This document shows positions 62,989 through 64,000 of a stretch of 64,000 bases of DNA, piece after piece. Source of the DNA: the human T2T-CHM13v2.0 reference genome, Homo sapiens; NCBI RefSeq assembly GCF_009914755.1, contig NC_060941.1; one strand, 5' to 3'. The position numbers and the translations under genes were made by a program. The notes beneath the pieces were generated by a model. That model made no database searches, was not told the DNA's origin, and was given only the letters and a program-made list of their open reading frames with translations. Each line of letters begins with the position of its first letter. Within the stretch, counting starts at the first letter, position 1.

Positions 62989-64000
62989 TTAAAAAAAAAT
63001 TGTGTGGGCCACACAAAAGACATCTGCCAGCCTCTGCCAGTGTGCAGCCTCTGTTTTGGGTTCGGTACAGTCACGGAGAACAGGAGCAGGAGAGGTTCCA
63101 ACAGTATCGGGCTAAGTCAGGCCAGGGTATCTCAGGGCCTACAGACAGAGAAATCCTTATGCTTTGTCAAAATTGGTGCTCAGTGGTGAGCTAAATCCCA
63201 ATTTGGGCTGAAACTGAGGCTCGTTGAAAGCATTGATTATCAACCTTTTTCCTCTGCCTGCAAAGCAGCTTCCTTGCATTGCATGGTGGAATCACGAGAG
63301 ACTCTTGCGGGGGACGGGGAGGGAAGACTAGCAAGGTATGGATCAAAAACACCACCCCTCTCTGCCTTTTTGGAGATTCTGATGTGCCAGTCTCCCTCAG
63401 TCCCTGGAAAAATGCTCTGAAATGCATTTTTAGTCTGAAGTTGATCCAGACTTAAACTGTGCCTTGCTACTGTCCTAGCCACGTCCGAATTCAGCTTTGT
63501 TGTGGGAGAAATGGGAGTATAGAGAACGTGCTGAGAGGTCAAGAGCAGAGTGAAGTCTGTGGAGACTGGATTACCAGCCTAGCGACACCACGGTCCCTAG
63601 TTTCAAGGGACCCTTGTGTACTGGGCCCCTCAACTCCACACCGACCCATGGTTCTTGGCAGAGGAGGGTTGGGGGTGACTGAGGAGAGCCAGGCCTAGGC
63701 AATACAAGCTTCTCTGAGCTTCTTAGAATGCAGACATTTAAACAGAAAACACAGAGCCTTCCTGGAGAGCCTTCCTGAAGAATCACTGTGTCAAGACCTG
63801 ACCATGGGCAAACCCAGGAAAGTTTGCAGCCAGATCCCCATTCCTGTTACCCAACGGGAGGGGCAAGACTCCTAGGACTGGCTAGAAAATTGCTTTGTTG
63901 AGTGTTTGCTGTGGTTGTTCCTAAACCTGTCTGTCCAGAAGCTGGACATGCAGTAGGCCCCTGCGAGTAGAAACTTTCCTTGTGTGGAAGTTTTCGCTGG

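Overview
Human (or very closely related primate) genomic DNA, recognisable as the Alu-dense 17p13.3 locus. It holds four protein-coding genes in alternating orientation. SMG6/EST1A (minus) is present as coding exons 1-7 plus the start of exon 8, and shares a CpG-island promoter with SRR. SRR (serine racemase, plus) is complete at 340 aa. TSR1 (minus) is complete at 15 exons and 804 aa, lies tail-to-tail with SRR, and hosts SNORD91A and SNORD91B. SGSM2 (plus, exons 1-2) is divergent from TSR1. SRR intron 1 carries an HNRNPA1 processed pseudogene. The rest is dozens of Alus plus L1, L2, MIR, MaLR LTR and MER/Tigger relics. Exon boundaries were read by hand from GT/AG sites and reading-frame continuity; repeat boundaries and subfamilies are approximate. 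I see no evidence of a wholly new gene system. The best leads are: (1) an intronic element 3' of both SNORD91 copies that can pair with the snoRNA 5' half using G-U pairs that only work on the transcribed strand; (2) a strong-Kozak uORF that reads the SGSM2 5' CGG repeat as poly-Arg; (3) an HNRNPA1 retrocopy that lost its ATG but gained a new in-frame one; (4) two separately inserted, inverted Alu fragments that share a private insertion.
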